A stretch of 63,773 bases of DNA, counting the filler, from Klebsormidium nitens (lineage: Eukaryota; Plantae; Klebsormidiophyceae): NCBI GenBank assembly GCA_000708835.1. It is 8 parts of 8 records of this genome, joined end to end, with 100 filler letters (N's around TTAATTAATTAA, not from the genome) between each part and the next. Parts side by side here need not be neighbours in the genome. Positions count along the whole stretch, not along the records: positions 54,299 to 57,833 come from DF238570.1; positions 57,934 to 61,497 come from DF238566.1; positions 61,598 to 63,773 come from DF238730.1; 5 more parts are not named here. One strand, given 5' to 3'. A program made the position numbers and the translations under genes. Of the stretch, positions 54,300-63,773 are shown piece after piece. The notes beneath the pieces are model-generated. The model had not been told where the DNA came from. It saw only the letters and a list, made by a program, of their open reading frames with translations, and ran no database searches. Position 1 is the first letter of the stretch; each line of letters opens with the position of its first letter.

Positions 54300-55493
54300 G
54301 CTCGAAAGCTCGAGGACGACGCTAGGAGGGAGCGCGACAGGAGGGCGCTGAGACTCGCGGAGACCAAGGTTAGGACCCTCGAAGGGGTAGTGAAAGGAGC
54401 ACGTATTCAAGCTGCAAAACAATCCGCGCAGGCAGCTCTGACGGCGGCCCGGGAGGCACTCGCCGCAATCCGGCAGAGGATCGAAGCGGCGGAGCGCATC
54501 TGGACGAACCGAGGCAGTCAGGTCGCCGAGGAGGAGCGACGGAAGACCGACGCCCGATGGGCCCCGCCAGCCATGAAAGGACTTCAGAGCCGCATGTCTG
54601 AAGCGATTCGTAGCGGCGCGCCCGGATCAGCGAGACCCGCCGGAAAAGCCGCGAGCCGCACGGGTCCGCTGGAGGCCGACGTACAGCGGGTCGTGAATGA
54701 GTTCGCTCCGAACGCGCGGCGAACCGGGCGAAATGTGCCCCCGCAGGATGAAGGAGGGGCCGGGGATAAGCGTGAACGTGAGAGTGCGCCGAAGGAGAGC
54801 GCGCGGAATCGAGGAGTGAACGATGCGCGCGAGCAAGAAAACAGGAGGAAGAATCGAGAAAGAGAGGAGGTGCTGAAGCTGCGAGCGGACGCAAAGAAAG
54901 AGAGGTTAGCGAGACGAGAGGAGAAACCTACGTCGCAGCCCGCGATGCCCACTTGGATAGATAAATTGAAAAGACTCGTCGAAGGGGCGAAGCGAGAGGG
55001 GATCGCGAGGCGGCGATTGAAAGGGGACGAGAATCTCGACGCATTCTTGATTGCGAACGATCGGAACATACCACTCACCGCTCCGATCATCAAACAGTTA
55101 CTCCTCAAGTACCACCCCGACAAGGCATCACCGATGGGTCTCAATCGTAATCGCCGTAAGGTCGTAACACAATTGCTGATCGAGAGGCTGAAGAGCCCGG
55201 ACACGAAGGAGTCCATGGCTCCGCCCCATGATCCGGCTCCACAGCGGGCTCCTTCTCCTCGACCGACACCCCAGCGACCCTACCAATACCAGGCAGACGC
55301 GGAAACTGAAAACCAGGATGCACGTTCGTATTGGGGATGGGGATCGTTCTGGGGATCCCCACGCCGGAATGATCCGGGTTTCGACCCGCGACGAGGCGCC
55401 GCCCCACGGCGAGGACCTCCTCAAAATTCGGGCTACAAACAAGACATACCGAATGACTTTGAACAGCGACGGAGCCGATGGGCGTTTTCCTGA
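54300..55493 (+). CDS. Coiled-coil protein with a J-domain-like HPDK segment and a Pro/Arg-rich tail; 5' end in a gap
   Basis: Frame is open from the gap edge; PLTAPIIKQLLLKYHPDK is paralogous to 19057-19677. Confidence 0.7.
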   Translation, partial: ARKLEDDARRERDRRALRLAETKVRTLEGVVKGARIQAAKQSAQAALTAAREALAAIRQRIEAAERIWTNRGSQVAEEERRKTDARWAPPAMKGLQSRMSEAIRSGAPGSARPAGKAASRTGPLEADVQRVVNEFAPNARRTGRNVPPQDEGGAGDKRERESAPKESARNRGVNDAREQENRRKNREREEVLKLRADAKKERLARREEKPTSQPAMPTWIDKLKRLVEGAKREGIARRRLKGDENLDAFLIANDRNIPLTAPIIKQLLLKYHPDKASPMGLNRNRRKVVTQLLIERLKSPDTKESMAPPHDPAPQRAPSPRPTPQRPYQYQADAETENQDARSYWGWGSFWGSPRRNDPGFDPRRGAAPRRGPPQNSGYKQDIPNDFEQRRSRWAFS

Positions 55494-55689
55494 GTTGCTG
55501 CTGTACAGCTGGGAGCACCATCCCGCATATCACTAAGATCCGGTCTTCCCGGATCTTCGAGAGCTTGACGGAACGCGTCCGTCTTACGCGAGTTGGAGAG
55601 TATCTCTAGACGGCATATTTCGCGCATGGTGACTGCTATAGAGCGCAGCTACACATACAAGGCATCGAGAGCGCGTGTTGTCATAAGAA

Positions 55690-55858
55690 AGCTCGAAGTG
55701 GGGAATTATTACCATTTTCGCCCAAACTGTCGCCCGTACCGGGCGCTTCTTCGGACGGAAAATGAATAATAATACCGGATTGGGTCCATACGTGTACGGA
55801 CTGGTACCGGCTATCCACGAACCGCCGGGTTATGAAGCCCGGTATTCGCGAACAATCC
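55690..55858 (-). ncRNA. Predicted omegaRNA of Fanzor B (scaffold plus guide ATTCCCCACTTCGAGC); boundaries approximate
   Basis: Minus-strand stems GUCCGUAC/GUAUGGAC (a G-U pair forms only on this strand), CGCCCG/CGGGCG and a terminal CAGUUU...AAAAUG hairpin; the terminus is conserved with the mini-element at 15574. Confidence 0.65.
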
Positions 55859-57833
55859 TCACATGGTAACCGACCGGCAAAACTCCACCGGTCTGGCGCG
55901 GCCTTCGAGCCGCAGCCTCAACAGCCTCAGGATGTTCCGGGCAGCGTTCACGTCTCGGTTCACCGTCATGCCATTACAGCCACTGTTTCGGCAGTGGAGC
56001 ACACTGTGAACTTTGACGGTCTTCACCGCCCCATCCTTGCACCGCTTCTCCGAGTATTGATTGCGCAGCTGCGCCTTGCAATCGAAGTGCAGCTTGCTGG
56101 TCCTGAACTCGTCCATCGAGACCACCCTGCAATGCTTGCGGAGCTCTCGCTCCAACCGCTTCACGGGCCCAGAAGGAGATCCCTTGATGATGCCTCCGGA
56201 GTCCTTGTTAGACCAGTCTCCGAAGCCCACAACCGTCTTGTAACCCACTCGCCTCGTTATGGCCTTGCAGAGTGCATGCAGCTTCTTCTGAGCTGAGATG
56301 TACCGCTTGAACTTGAGCCCTCTGAATCCCTGCCTCATGTGGTAGACGAGGAGCATGTCGAGCCTGGGCAGCATAAAGTGCACGTAAGCGAGAAACTTGG
56401 TGCTCTCCGATGTCTTCTTGGTAGGCATGTTCCGGATGGCCTCGAGCACCTCCGGGCTCTTATCGTACCACCGCTTGATCTTGGCGTTGCTGTGCTTGTA
56501 CTTGGCGTCGCCATAGAATTCTCGAGTTGAGCACTTCAGCTTCTCTCCTTCTTCGTTGACCATGACAAAGAGGTCTCGCCTGCCTGGATCTAGGCCCCAC
56601 AGCTCCTCTTCTCCCGTGAGGTCGGGGAGCGTTGCTTCGCCTGGGGCTTGCCTGGGTTTTGGCTTCCTCAGCACGATGCAGACGGCCTTCCCGTCCGTGA
56701 GGATCTCGCCTGCGAACTTGCGGTTGCACGTCTCGAACTTTGCGATGTCGAAGAGGTCCCTCCAGTAGTCGTCAGCCACCTTCCTGAACTCCGCTCCCGA
56801 GGCTGGAAGCTTGACCCCTCCCCTCTTGAGAAGCCCATAGAGTCCGTTGGTGCACATCTTGAGATGATTGCACTCGAAGCCCCTCTTCGTAGGTAGGAGG
56901 CTGAAGAGCCTCAGCTGCTTACCTTTCTTCAGTTCTTCTTCTGTCAGGGGGTGATGCGACTCCATGTAGCGCAGGAACATGTATTGCATTGGCATGAGTA
57001 TGTGAGGGGTGGAGTCTGCCCTACCAGTAGTGGCTTTCGGAAGCATGGCTCGGTACCTCAAAACCAGTGGGTCGTCGCCTTCGTACTCATCAGCGAACAT
57101 GTCCCGCATCTTGGAATAGCATGAAGGGCCGTCGAGGGAGTACTCGTGCTTCAGGTAGCGCTTGAAGCGCTTGTAGAAGTTGGTGGCGATAGAGTTCTTG
57201 GTGCACGTGGCCATCTGAAGGCTCGCATTCTGGTACCAGCCTGAAGAGAGATGCTCACAGTCCGGATGCAGACAGTCTGCAGGGCGTGATGCCAGGTAAA
57301 GCTCTACGGTCTCCCTGAGGTAGAGGTCTTTGACGGAGCTCTTCTTCCTACCGGCCACACTGACGGCAGAGAGGCAGTTGTAGAAGAAGGGTTGGTCCAG
57401 AGGTGGAACTTCGCGACCCAACTCAGACATCCGTAGTACATGAAGGTTAGCAAGGATGTAGGCTTCACAGATAGCCTTATTCACTTCCTTGAGCACGCTC
57501 TCCAGAGGGAGGGCCCTGGCAGCCTCCTTGCAGAAGCTGTTCAGGCTGGTCTTGACCACGGTGCATTCGGTCTCTTTGTTCCTCAGGGCCCGGAGCTTGA
57601 CGTCCTCTCGGGTCCTAGGCTCTTTGAAGAGCTTGCTCACGTAGGCCAGGCATTCATGGTGGAGAGCGACGTCGGGGGGCTTCTTTGGTGGCATCAGACC
57701 ACCCCTATGCGTCTCCTTAGGAAAATAGATCTCGGGAATTTTACGCACGGCCCAGGTTATGTATACGAGCCTAGCGCTTATAATGTCGGACTCTCGTATA
57801 CATCAACCAAACAGGTGCTTATATGCAACAATC
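55709..57833 (-). mobile_element. Family-B Fanzor-carrying TIR element (left end lost in a gap)
   Basis: Right end TTACCATTTTCGCCCAAACTGTCGCC with TA at 55707-55708, shared with the mini-element 15574-16036. Confidence 0.75.
55859..57694 (-). CDS. Fanzor (Fanzor1/TnpB-like RNA-guided RuvC nuclease), 611 aa from the first ATG, apparently intact
   Basis: WGLDPG (RuvC-I), SMDEFRTS (RuvC-II), HFDC...CRNSGC (Zn site) and VNRDVNAARNI (RuvC-III); VVGFGDWS and GPVKRL motifs; N-terminal MPPKK NLS-like sequence. Confidence 0.93.
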   Translation of the reverse strand: MPPKKPPDVALHHECLAYVSKLFKEPRTREDVKLRALRNKETECTVVKTSLNSFCKEAARALPLESVLKEVNKAICEAYILANLHVLRMSELGREVPPLDQPFFYNCLSAVSVAGRKKSSVKDLYLRETVELYLASRPADCLHPDCEHLSSGWYQNASLQMATCTKNSIATNFYKRFKRYLKHEYSLDGPSCYSKMRDMFADEYEGDDPLVLRYRAMLPKATTGRADSTPHILMPMQYMFLRYMESHHPLTEEELKKGKQLRLFSLLPTKRGFECNHLKMCTNGLYGLLKRGGVKLPASGAEFRKVADDYWRDLFDIAKFETCNRKFAGEILTDGKAVCIVLRKPKPRQAPGEATLPDLTGEEELWGLDPGRRDLFVMVNEEGEKLKCSTREFYGDAKYKHSNAKIKRWYDKSPEVLEAIRNMPTKKTSESTKFLAYVHFMLPRLDMLLVYHMRQGFRGLKFKRYISAQKKLHALCKAITRRVGYKTVVGFGDWSNKDSGGIIKGSPSGPVKRLERELRKHCRVVSMDEFRTSKLHFDCKAQLRNQYSEKRCKDGAVKTVKVHSVLHCRNSGCNGMTVNRDVNAARNILRLLRLRLEGRARPVEFCRSVTM

Positions 57834-57933
57834 NNNNNNNNNNNNNNNNNNNNNNNNNNNNNNNNNNNNNNNNNNNNTTAATTAATTAANNNNNNNNNNN
57901 NNNNNNNNNNNNNNNNNNNNNNNNNNNNNNNNN

Positions 57934-60900
57934 TACACGGTTGCTCCGGTGGCTCCAACGGCTGAAGCAACCCATAAGGCTTGTGGCGACGAGCCTTATT
58001 TCGCATACAGAGGTCACAAGTAGAAACATGGTGCGGCACGTCTGCCTTCAACGACGGCCACCAAAAGAATTTAGCAACTGCCTCGTAGGTTTCGTTTGTC
58101 CAAAATGGCCAGAGTACGGCGTATCATGGAACTCCATGATCAGAAGCCGACGCAGATCCGGATTTTCCGGGATGACAATCCTGGATTCCCTTACAACGAA
58201 ACCGTGCGAGTTGACACGCAGATGCCGATTACCGGTACTGGTTACATCTCCCAGTACAGAATCTCGCAGACTTTGACTTTCCCGAAGGATGGAATCTCGT
58301 AAAGGAGTAGAGAGTTCACACGTCAAAGCGGAGTCAATATATGCGTGGCTCACAGCGCGGACAGGTCGGCCAACCTTATCCCCGAGTGGCGTAGTCTCCT
58401 CCCTGTTCACAACTTCCGTGAGCGAAGTCGGGATTCCCGATTGGGAAGCAGCCAGATCCGCAGAAGAGTCGTTAGGGCGATTCGAGCCCCGGGACGCAAC
58501 GTAGAGGGCGGACAGAATGTCGACAGAATACCTGCTAAGAGGATCAACGACGTTGTTTCGTCCCGCCCGATAAGACCAGTCAAAAGGGCGAAACCGCTGC
58601 AGAAACTCAGACCACCTAGTTTGACGTCTCGACAGTGAAGGCTGAGTCTGAAAGAAGGTATTGGAGACATGGTCAGTAACTACTGTGAAAGTAGCACCCT
58701 CCAAATAACATCGCCAAGTCTTCAGAGCATGAATTACCGCAAGCATTTCCTGTTCAGTGGTGTGGTAATTCTTTTCCGCGTCACTGAGCTTACGGGATTC
58801 AAAAGCGATTGGACGGTTGTCGTGCAGGAGAACCGCACCCAGACCAACAGTTGAGGCGTCAGTAACAACCTCGTATGGCTTATTTACATCAGGGGATACC
58901 AGAAGCGGAGCTTGAGTAAGGCAGTGTTTCAAAGCCAGGAACGCTTGTTGACACTTATCAGTCCACTCCCACTGGTGTTTAGCACGTGTAACATCAGTCA
59001 GAGGTGCAGCCAACGTCGCGAAGTCCTGAATAAACTTACGAAAGTAGTTTACCAGCCCTAAAAAGGAGCGAACGTCGTGCACATTCTTCAGAATAGGCCA
59101 CTCCTGAACACAAGCAACCTTCTTGGATCAAGGCGAATACCTTCAGCGCTGACAATGTGACCCAAGAACTTAGTTTCAGGATTAGCAAAGGATGATTTGG
59201 CCTGACAAACAAAGAACTTTCGCGGCGCAGAACCTCTTAGACCTGCCGGACATGCAACTGGTGCTTCTCCGCAGTCTTCGAGTAAATTAGAATGTCGTCC
59301 AGATATACGACAACAAACCGCCCGGAAAGGATGAAAGATCGAATTCATTACAGACTGGAAGGTTGCCGGCGCATTCGTCAACCCTTCAATCAAAACCTTA
59401 AACTGATAGTGACCTCAAGGAGTACGAAAAGCAGTTTTAGGACGATCCTCCTCAGAAATTAGCACCTGATGGTACCCAGAAGTCAGATCAAGACTGGTAA
59501 AATACTTCGAACCGGAAACCGCGTCCAGAAGATCGTCGATCCTAGGAATAGGATAACGATTCTTAACAGTAATGTTATTGAGCGCCCGGTAATCGACACA
59601 AAGCCTGAGCCCACGGCCATGAGGTTTTGGTACGAACAAAACCGGAGCCCCATACGATGATTTAGACGGTTCGAGGATACCAGCTTCCAGAAAAACAGAC
59701 ACCTGAGTTTGCAGTTCCTTATATTCCAAAGGAGACAGGCGATACATCGGCCGAAATGGAGGCGGATGACCCGGTTCAGTAGGAATCGAATGACCTTCCT
59801 GCCGCTCGGGCGGGAGACCAATTGGCTCTGAGGATCCTTGAACACGTCAGCAAACTCATGAACTAAGGCAGATGTCCATACCTCCTTTTGAGTAGGATCG
59901 TCGAGGTTTTTACAGACGGTGTACGACGACGTAGGACGAGCAGAAGCAGACGGCCGCGAAGTAGAATCAGAATCCGCGTCCGGAACGTCAAGCGGCTTGA
60001 TGGCAGCTAGGAAGACGCGTTGCTTCCTTCGTATCGCGCGCTTGACCTGCATCGCACTCAGAGACGAAAGGGGTTTAGATTCCGCGTTTTCTGTCACGCG
60101 CGCGCGATGCGCGGACTTAAGGACGGTGACTCGGCGCCGACCTTTCTTCATCAGAACGGACATCCTTTCGAAATCCAGAATACACTTGTGTGACGTCATA
60201 AACTGCTGACCAAGGATGACGTCAACCCCGTGCAGCAGAGGCATGACAACACAACAAACTGCCTGATGATAGGATCCAAGCCTAAGATAGACGTTAGCCT
60301 CTCCTTTGGCCTCAACAATTTGATCAGATCCTAAACGTACGGAACGCGCAGACGCGAGCACAGAGATGCCAGTTTGACGTGCGAAAGACTCAGAGACAAA
60401 GTTCTCCGATGCTCCGCTGTCGAATAGAATGTTGGCATCAGCTCCAGCTGCTTGTCCTGCGAACAGCATCTTCAAGTGCTTGTCAGAGTCATTAGCCGAT
60501 GCAGCGAGAACAGAATACAAGGCGGAAGATCCAACTAGAGTAGAGAGAGACTCATCGGCAGCAGGGGCAAGATACATGACTCGAAATGTTATGTTGGAGA
60601 CCTCAGTCTTCAACATCCCATCAGACATTAGGCGGCGAACAACGCTACCCTTGGGGACTGACATCAATTCGCGCCAACCTTTAACTAGAGCGGGACTAAA
60701 CAGACAGCGAGAAGGCACAAGCAAGCAAGCAGAGGTATTCTCAGGATCAGCTTCGTGTTCTGACTGGAAGTAAAGCAACTTGTCTCTCAGCTCGGACTGA
60801 GAGACTGCATTTAGCCAGATATGCTTTCCAACCAGCTTCTCCCTGAAGAATTCAGATTGTGAACACCATTCAATGGAGATAGACTCTGATTCAGATTTGA

Positions 60901-61498
60901 CTCCCAGATCGAATGTTTTGCCAACAAGGGCAGTAACATGTTTGAAGTCTTCAGAGACGATGTCTAGTCCTAACGTAGAATGCGATTCTGCTTCAGATAA
61001 TGGTTCACTCTTATCCGAAGCTAAGAGAAATCCTGCTTCTTGTTCTTCTTGCCCTTCTTGCTCTTCCACTCTACCTTACGCTTAGGGCACTTGTTGCTAA
61101 AGTGGTCAGGGCTACCACAAAGGTGGCATACGCCATCTTTGATGTTCTTAGCCTTCTGCTCCGCAGATAGACGAGGAAACTTGCCAGGGCTTCCAGTCTC
61201 AGATTGGGTCTCTTTGGACCTACCAGAACGGTTCCAGGAGACATTGCTTTGCGCTTGCCCCCGACCTTGCCAGATGGAGCTCGGTTTGAGCCTCCCACTC
61301 CCCTTTCCAGACGTGCCTGAACAGTAGGCCACTGAAGAGTGCAGTAAGTAATCAGATCAGAGAGAGAAGTCCAACGCTTACCAGAGGGACTAACTCTTGC
61401 GAGTTCTTTAATGTCCTTCTGCGCAGACCAGATTTGTACTTCTCGATCAGGACCTGTTCATCATGAATCTCATCAGCAAGATCAGTCCTGGCTTGCTN
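57934..61498 (-). mobile_element. Ty3/gypsy LTR retrotransposon gag-pol, frameshifted
   Basis: CHLCGSPDHFSNKC knuckle; LFDSGASENF protease; LRLCVDYRALN, LDLTSGYHQ and GLTNAPATFQ RT; TDASTVGLGAVL RNase H; HDTPYSGHFG integrase start. Confidence 0.93.
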
Positions 61499-61598
61499 NN
61501 NNNNNNNNNNNNNNNNNNNNNNNNNNNNNNNNNNNNNNNNNTTAATTAATTAANNNNNNNNNNNNNNNNNNNNNNNNNNNNNNNNNNNNNNNNNNNNA

Positions 61599-61765
61599 GG
61601 CTCTTGTCCCCGGTTAGGTGCTGGGAGCTACCCGAATCGACGAGCCACTCGTCCGCAGCTATCCCTTCAACCACGCTAAAGGCCACTCCCTTGGAAGGTT
61701 TCCCTCCCTTCTTTTGCTCCGATGAGCTCCCGCCTATTCGGGTTGCTGCACTTCCGGGCAATGTG
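61599..61765 (-). mobile_element. Ty1/copia gag-protease fragment
   Basis: HIARKC knuckle remnant and WLVDSGSSQHLTGD protease motif. Confidence 0.75.
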
Positions 61766-62180
61766 TGTTGAGATTAAGGAGTCTTTGGTCTTGATCTCTG
61801 TTAGAATTAAGGAGTCTTTGGTCTTAGTCTCTGTTGAGATTAAGGAGTATTTGTCTTGATTACGCCCTAACATCCTATACCATTGTAGTTTGGTGGGTTC
61901 ATTGTGTGATGCATAGGTTTGGTCTTAATGAGGCCAAGATTAAGGTCTTAATGTGGATGAGATTAAGACCGGATGAGGCCGAGATTATGGTCTTGATGCT
62001 TGTGAGATTAAGGACTTGATGTAAGCGAGATTGGATTTAATGTGTTGTAAGATAGGCGTCTGAAGGTGGTTAAGATTAAGATCAATCGAGATTAAGACAA
62101 CCAACGTAAAGAGCACGTAGATTAAGATCAAATTAAGATCAGATTAAGATGAACGCAGACGAGACCATCGAGATTAAGGA
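61766..62180. repeat. 33-bp tandem repeat (x3) followed by a GATTAAG-rich tract
   Basis: tgttgagattaaggagtctttggtcttgatctc units at 61766, 61799 and 61832; GATTAAG recurs many times to about 62180. Confidence 0.8.
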
Positions 62181-62219
62181 CAGATCAATAGGGAGTCGTG
62201 TGGATCGTCCGATGGTAAT

Positions 62220-62406
62220 TGTTGGAGTAATTGAAGGTAGGCCGTCGATTTGAAAAAGGGACCACCTAGGCTCATTAAGGACTCCACATAAGCCAGAGTA
62301 GACCTAGCTACGTGATTGGACTTGATTTGGACTCTTGACTTGTGATGGACACTCATTCCTAGTAGTTGTGCATGTGAAAGGCGCTTCAAGACGCTTGCTT
62401 TCAACA
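62220..62406 (+). repeat. 5' LTR of a copia element
   Basis: TGTTG...CAACA inverted termini immediately followed by the PBS. Confidence 0.75.
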
Positions 62407-62419
62407 GGTTATGGGCCCA
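62407..62419 (+). promoter_or_regulatory. Primer-binding site complementary to the internal (half-molecule) region of initiator tRNA-Met
   Basis: GGTTATGGGCCCA directly after the LTR CA. Confidence 0.8.
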
Positions 62420-62617
62420 CGACGCTAGGGAGTGAGGGGAGATAGTAAGCCGTTGCTAGCAACAACAATTCTAGGTTGGTGAGAGGTATTGCCGTGGGGG
62501 CTAAAGGAGTGGAGTATAGCACTCTATCTCGCGACGCCTGTGAAAATACCCACAAACCGCTCTCGGCACAAAGATAGTGCCCAGCCCAAGAAGCGTTGTT
62601 TGGCTAGCGACCTAAAG

Positions 62618-63773
62618 ATGGCTGAAGGACTCAAGGTTCATATAGAGCCTCTAGACGTTGACAACTATATGGTGTGGTCACAAAGGATGCAACTTTTCTT
62701 GACACACAAAAAATTGTGGAAGGGGGTCACGGACCCGGCCGGTGATGCCGAGAGGACCGAGGAAGCAAAGGCTTTGATAGGTTTGCACGTCCGGCAACAG
62801 CACCTAGGGGCAATCTTAGAAGCTGTGAATGCCAGGATAGCGTGGGACGCGCTGGAAAAGACCTACAATAGCAAAAGTGCTGCTCGGAAGTTGCAACTCC
62901 GTCATGAGTTGAGCACCCTCAAGATGCAATCCGGTGAGTCCGTTGCCACGTATGTGGGCAGAGCCCAAGATCTCTACCGGGATCTGATAGCCGCGGGCTC
63001 TGACATGAAGTCGGATGATCTATCCTTTAGCGTGCTTGCCGGGTTGTCAAGCCGGTTTGAGGGGGTGGTAACGGTGTTGACAACCACCAAAGAGGAGCTA
63101 GACTCGGCGGAAAAGCTGCTTCCAACGTTGCAAGTGTTTGAGCAAAGGCATGGGCTGTTGGAAGAGCAAGATAGCGGGGCCTCGGGATCGGCAACGGCCG
63201 TGGCCTACGCGGCCATTGGGGTGGCAACTTTGCCGGTAAAGGCAAGGGTGGCTCGGGGAAGGCTTCCATGCCCTGCCACAAGTATGGAAAGTTGGGGCAC
63301 TTTGCGAGAGAGTGCCGGTCCGGGGCTCGGGAGCCCGAGAAGTCCAAGACGGGGAAGAAGTGCTACACTTGCAGTAGCCCGGACCACTTGAAGAACGATT
63401 GCCTAAAGAAGGTGGAAACCGGGGGCCGGCAAGGGATTGCTTTTGTAGCCCGGTAAGGGCCGGAGACCGGAAGGTGGATTGTCGACTCCGGGCCGAGCCA
63501 ACACATGACCGGGGATTAAGAACTCGTTCTCAACTTTGGAGATGCTTGAGCCGGGGACTCGGGCGATCAGATTTGGGAACAAGGGGTTCCTCGAGGTAGC
63601 CGGGGTGGGCACCGTGGAGTTGCGGTGTGAGACGTCAACCGGTGAGCGTCTTAATCTTCTTCGTGAGGTGGCGTATGTTCCCGGTGTGGCGGAGAACCTC
63701 TTCTCGGTGAAGAAAGCAACCGCGGTAGGGGCCGAGGTTGTGTTCCGCGGTGAAGTGTGTGAAGTGTCTATGG
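62618..63773 (+). mobile_element. Ty1/copia gag-protease, frameshifted, running off the window
   Basis: LDVDNYMVWSQRM, AWDALEKTY...KLQLRHELSTLKM gag motifs; CHKYGKLGHFAREC and CYTCSSPDHLKNDC knuckles; WIVDSGPSQHMTGD protease. Confidence 0.9.

Noticed and set aside
4221-57833. A cognate transposase for the Fanzor elements
   Set aside because: No DDE/mariner, IS607 serine recombinase or Helitron ORF is found within or beside any copy; the Plavaka-like gene is on a different contig with no shared ends
1-63773. rRNA or tRNA genes
   Set aside because: No recognisable rRNA segments or tRNA cloverleafs seen by eye

Overview
Eukaryotic draft-assembly window made of about 8 contigs joined by artificial N-TTAATTAATTAA-N linkers, so adjacency across linkers is not trustworthy. 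GT-AG introns, copia/gypsy elements, a DNA-methyltransferase-carrying retroelement and a Plavaka-like transposase point to an alga, possibly a streptophyte alga such as Klebsormidium (inference). Three contigs (about 4.0-20.4, 25.6-33.5 and 54.3-57.8 kb) are gene-dense, mostly intronless giant-virus (NCLDV)-like DNA. They carry RNR small and large subunits, a deoxynucleoside kinase, a protein kinase, a glycosyltransferase, an SF2 helicase, a BRO-N nuclease, a penton-like protein, HNH endonucleases, an ATG8-like gene and a spastin-like AAA ATPase. The main signal is two families of TA-targeting TIR transposons carrying Fanzor (eukaryotic TnpB-like RNA-guided RuvC nuclease) genes. Family A has one full element (4221-6879), a hidden copy in an assembly gap inside an HNH gene (9701-10598) and a 181-bp mini-element that keeps only the omegaRNA end (17586-17766). 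Family B has one apparently intact Fanzor (55859-57694) and a 463-bp mini-element (15574-16036). Every visible left end follows TTA, and all copies sit in the virus-like contigs, so their flank-derived guides would match uninterrupted viral alleles. Also notable are an HNH homing element that replaced the 3' end of its host gene, a spliceosomal intron in the viral-type RNR large subunit, and a nested C2H2-HNH array. The 33.6-54.2 kb contig is largely decayed repetitive DNA with no confident genes. Fanzors as a class are already published; the locus-level architecture and hypotheses here come from reading the sequence, and no database searches were run.
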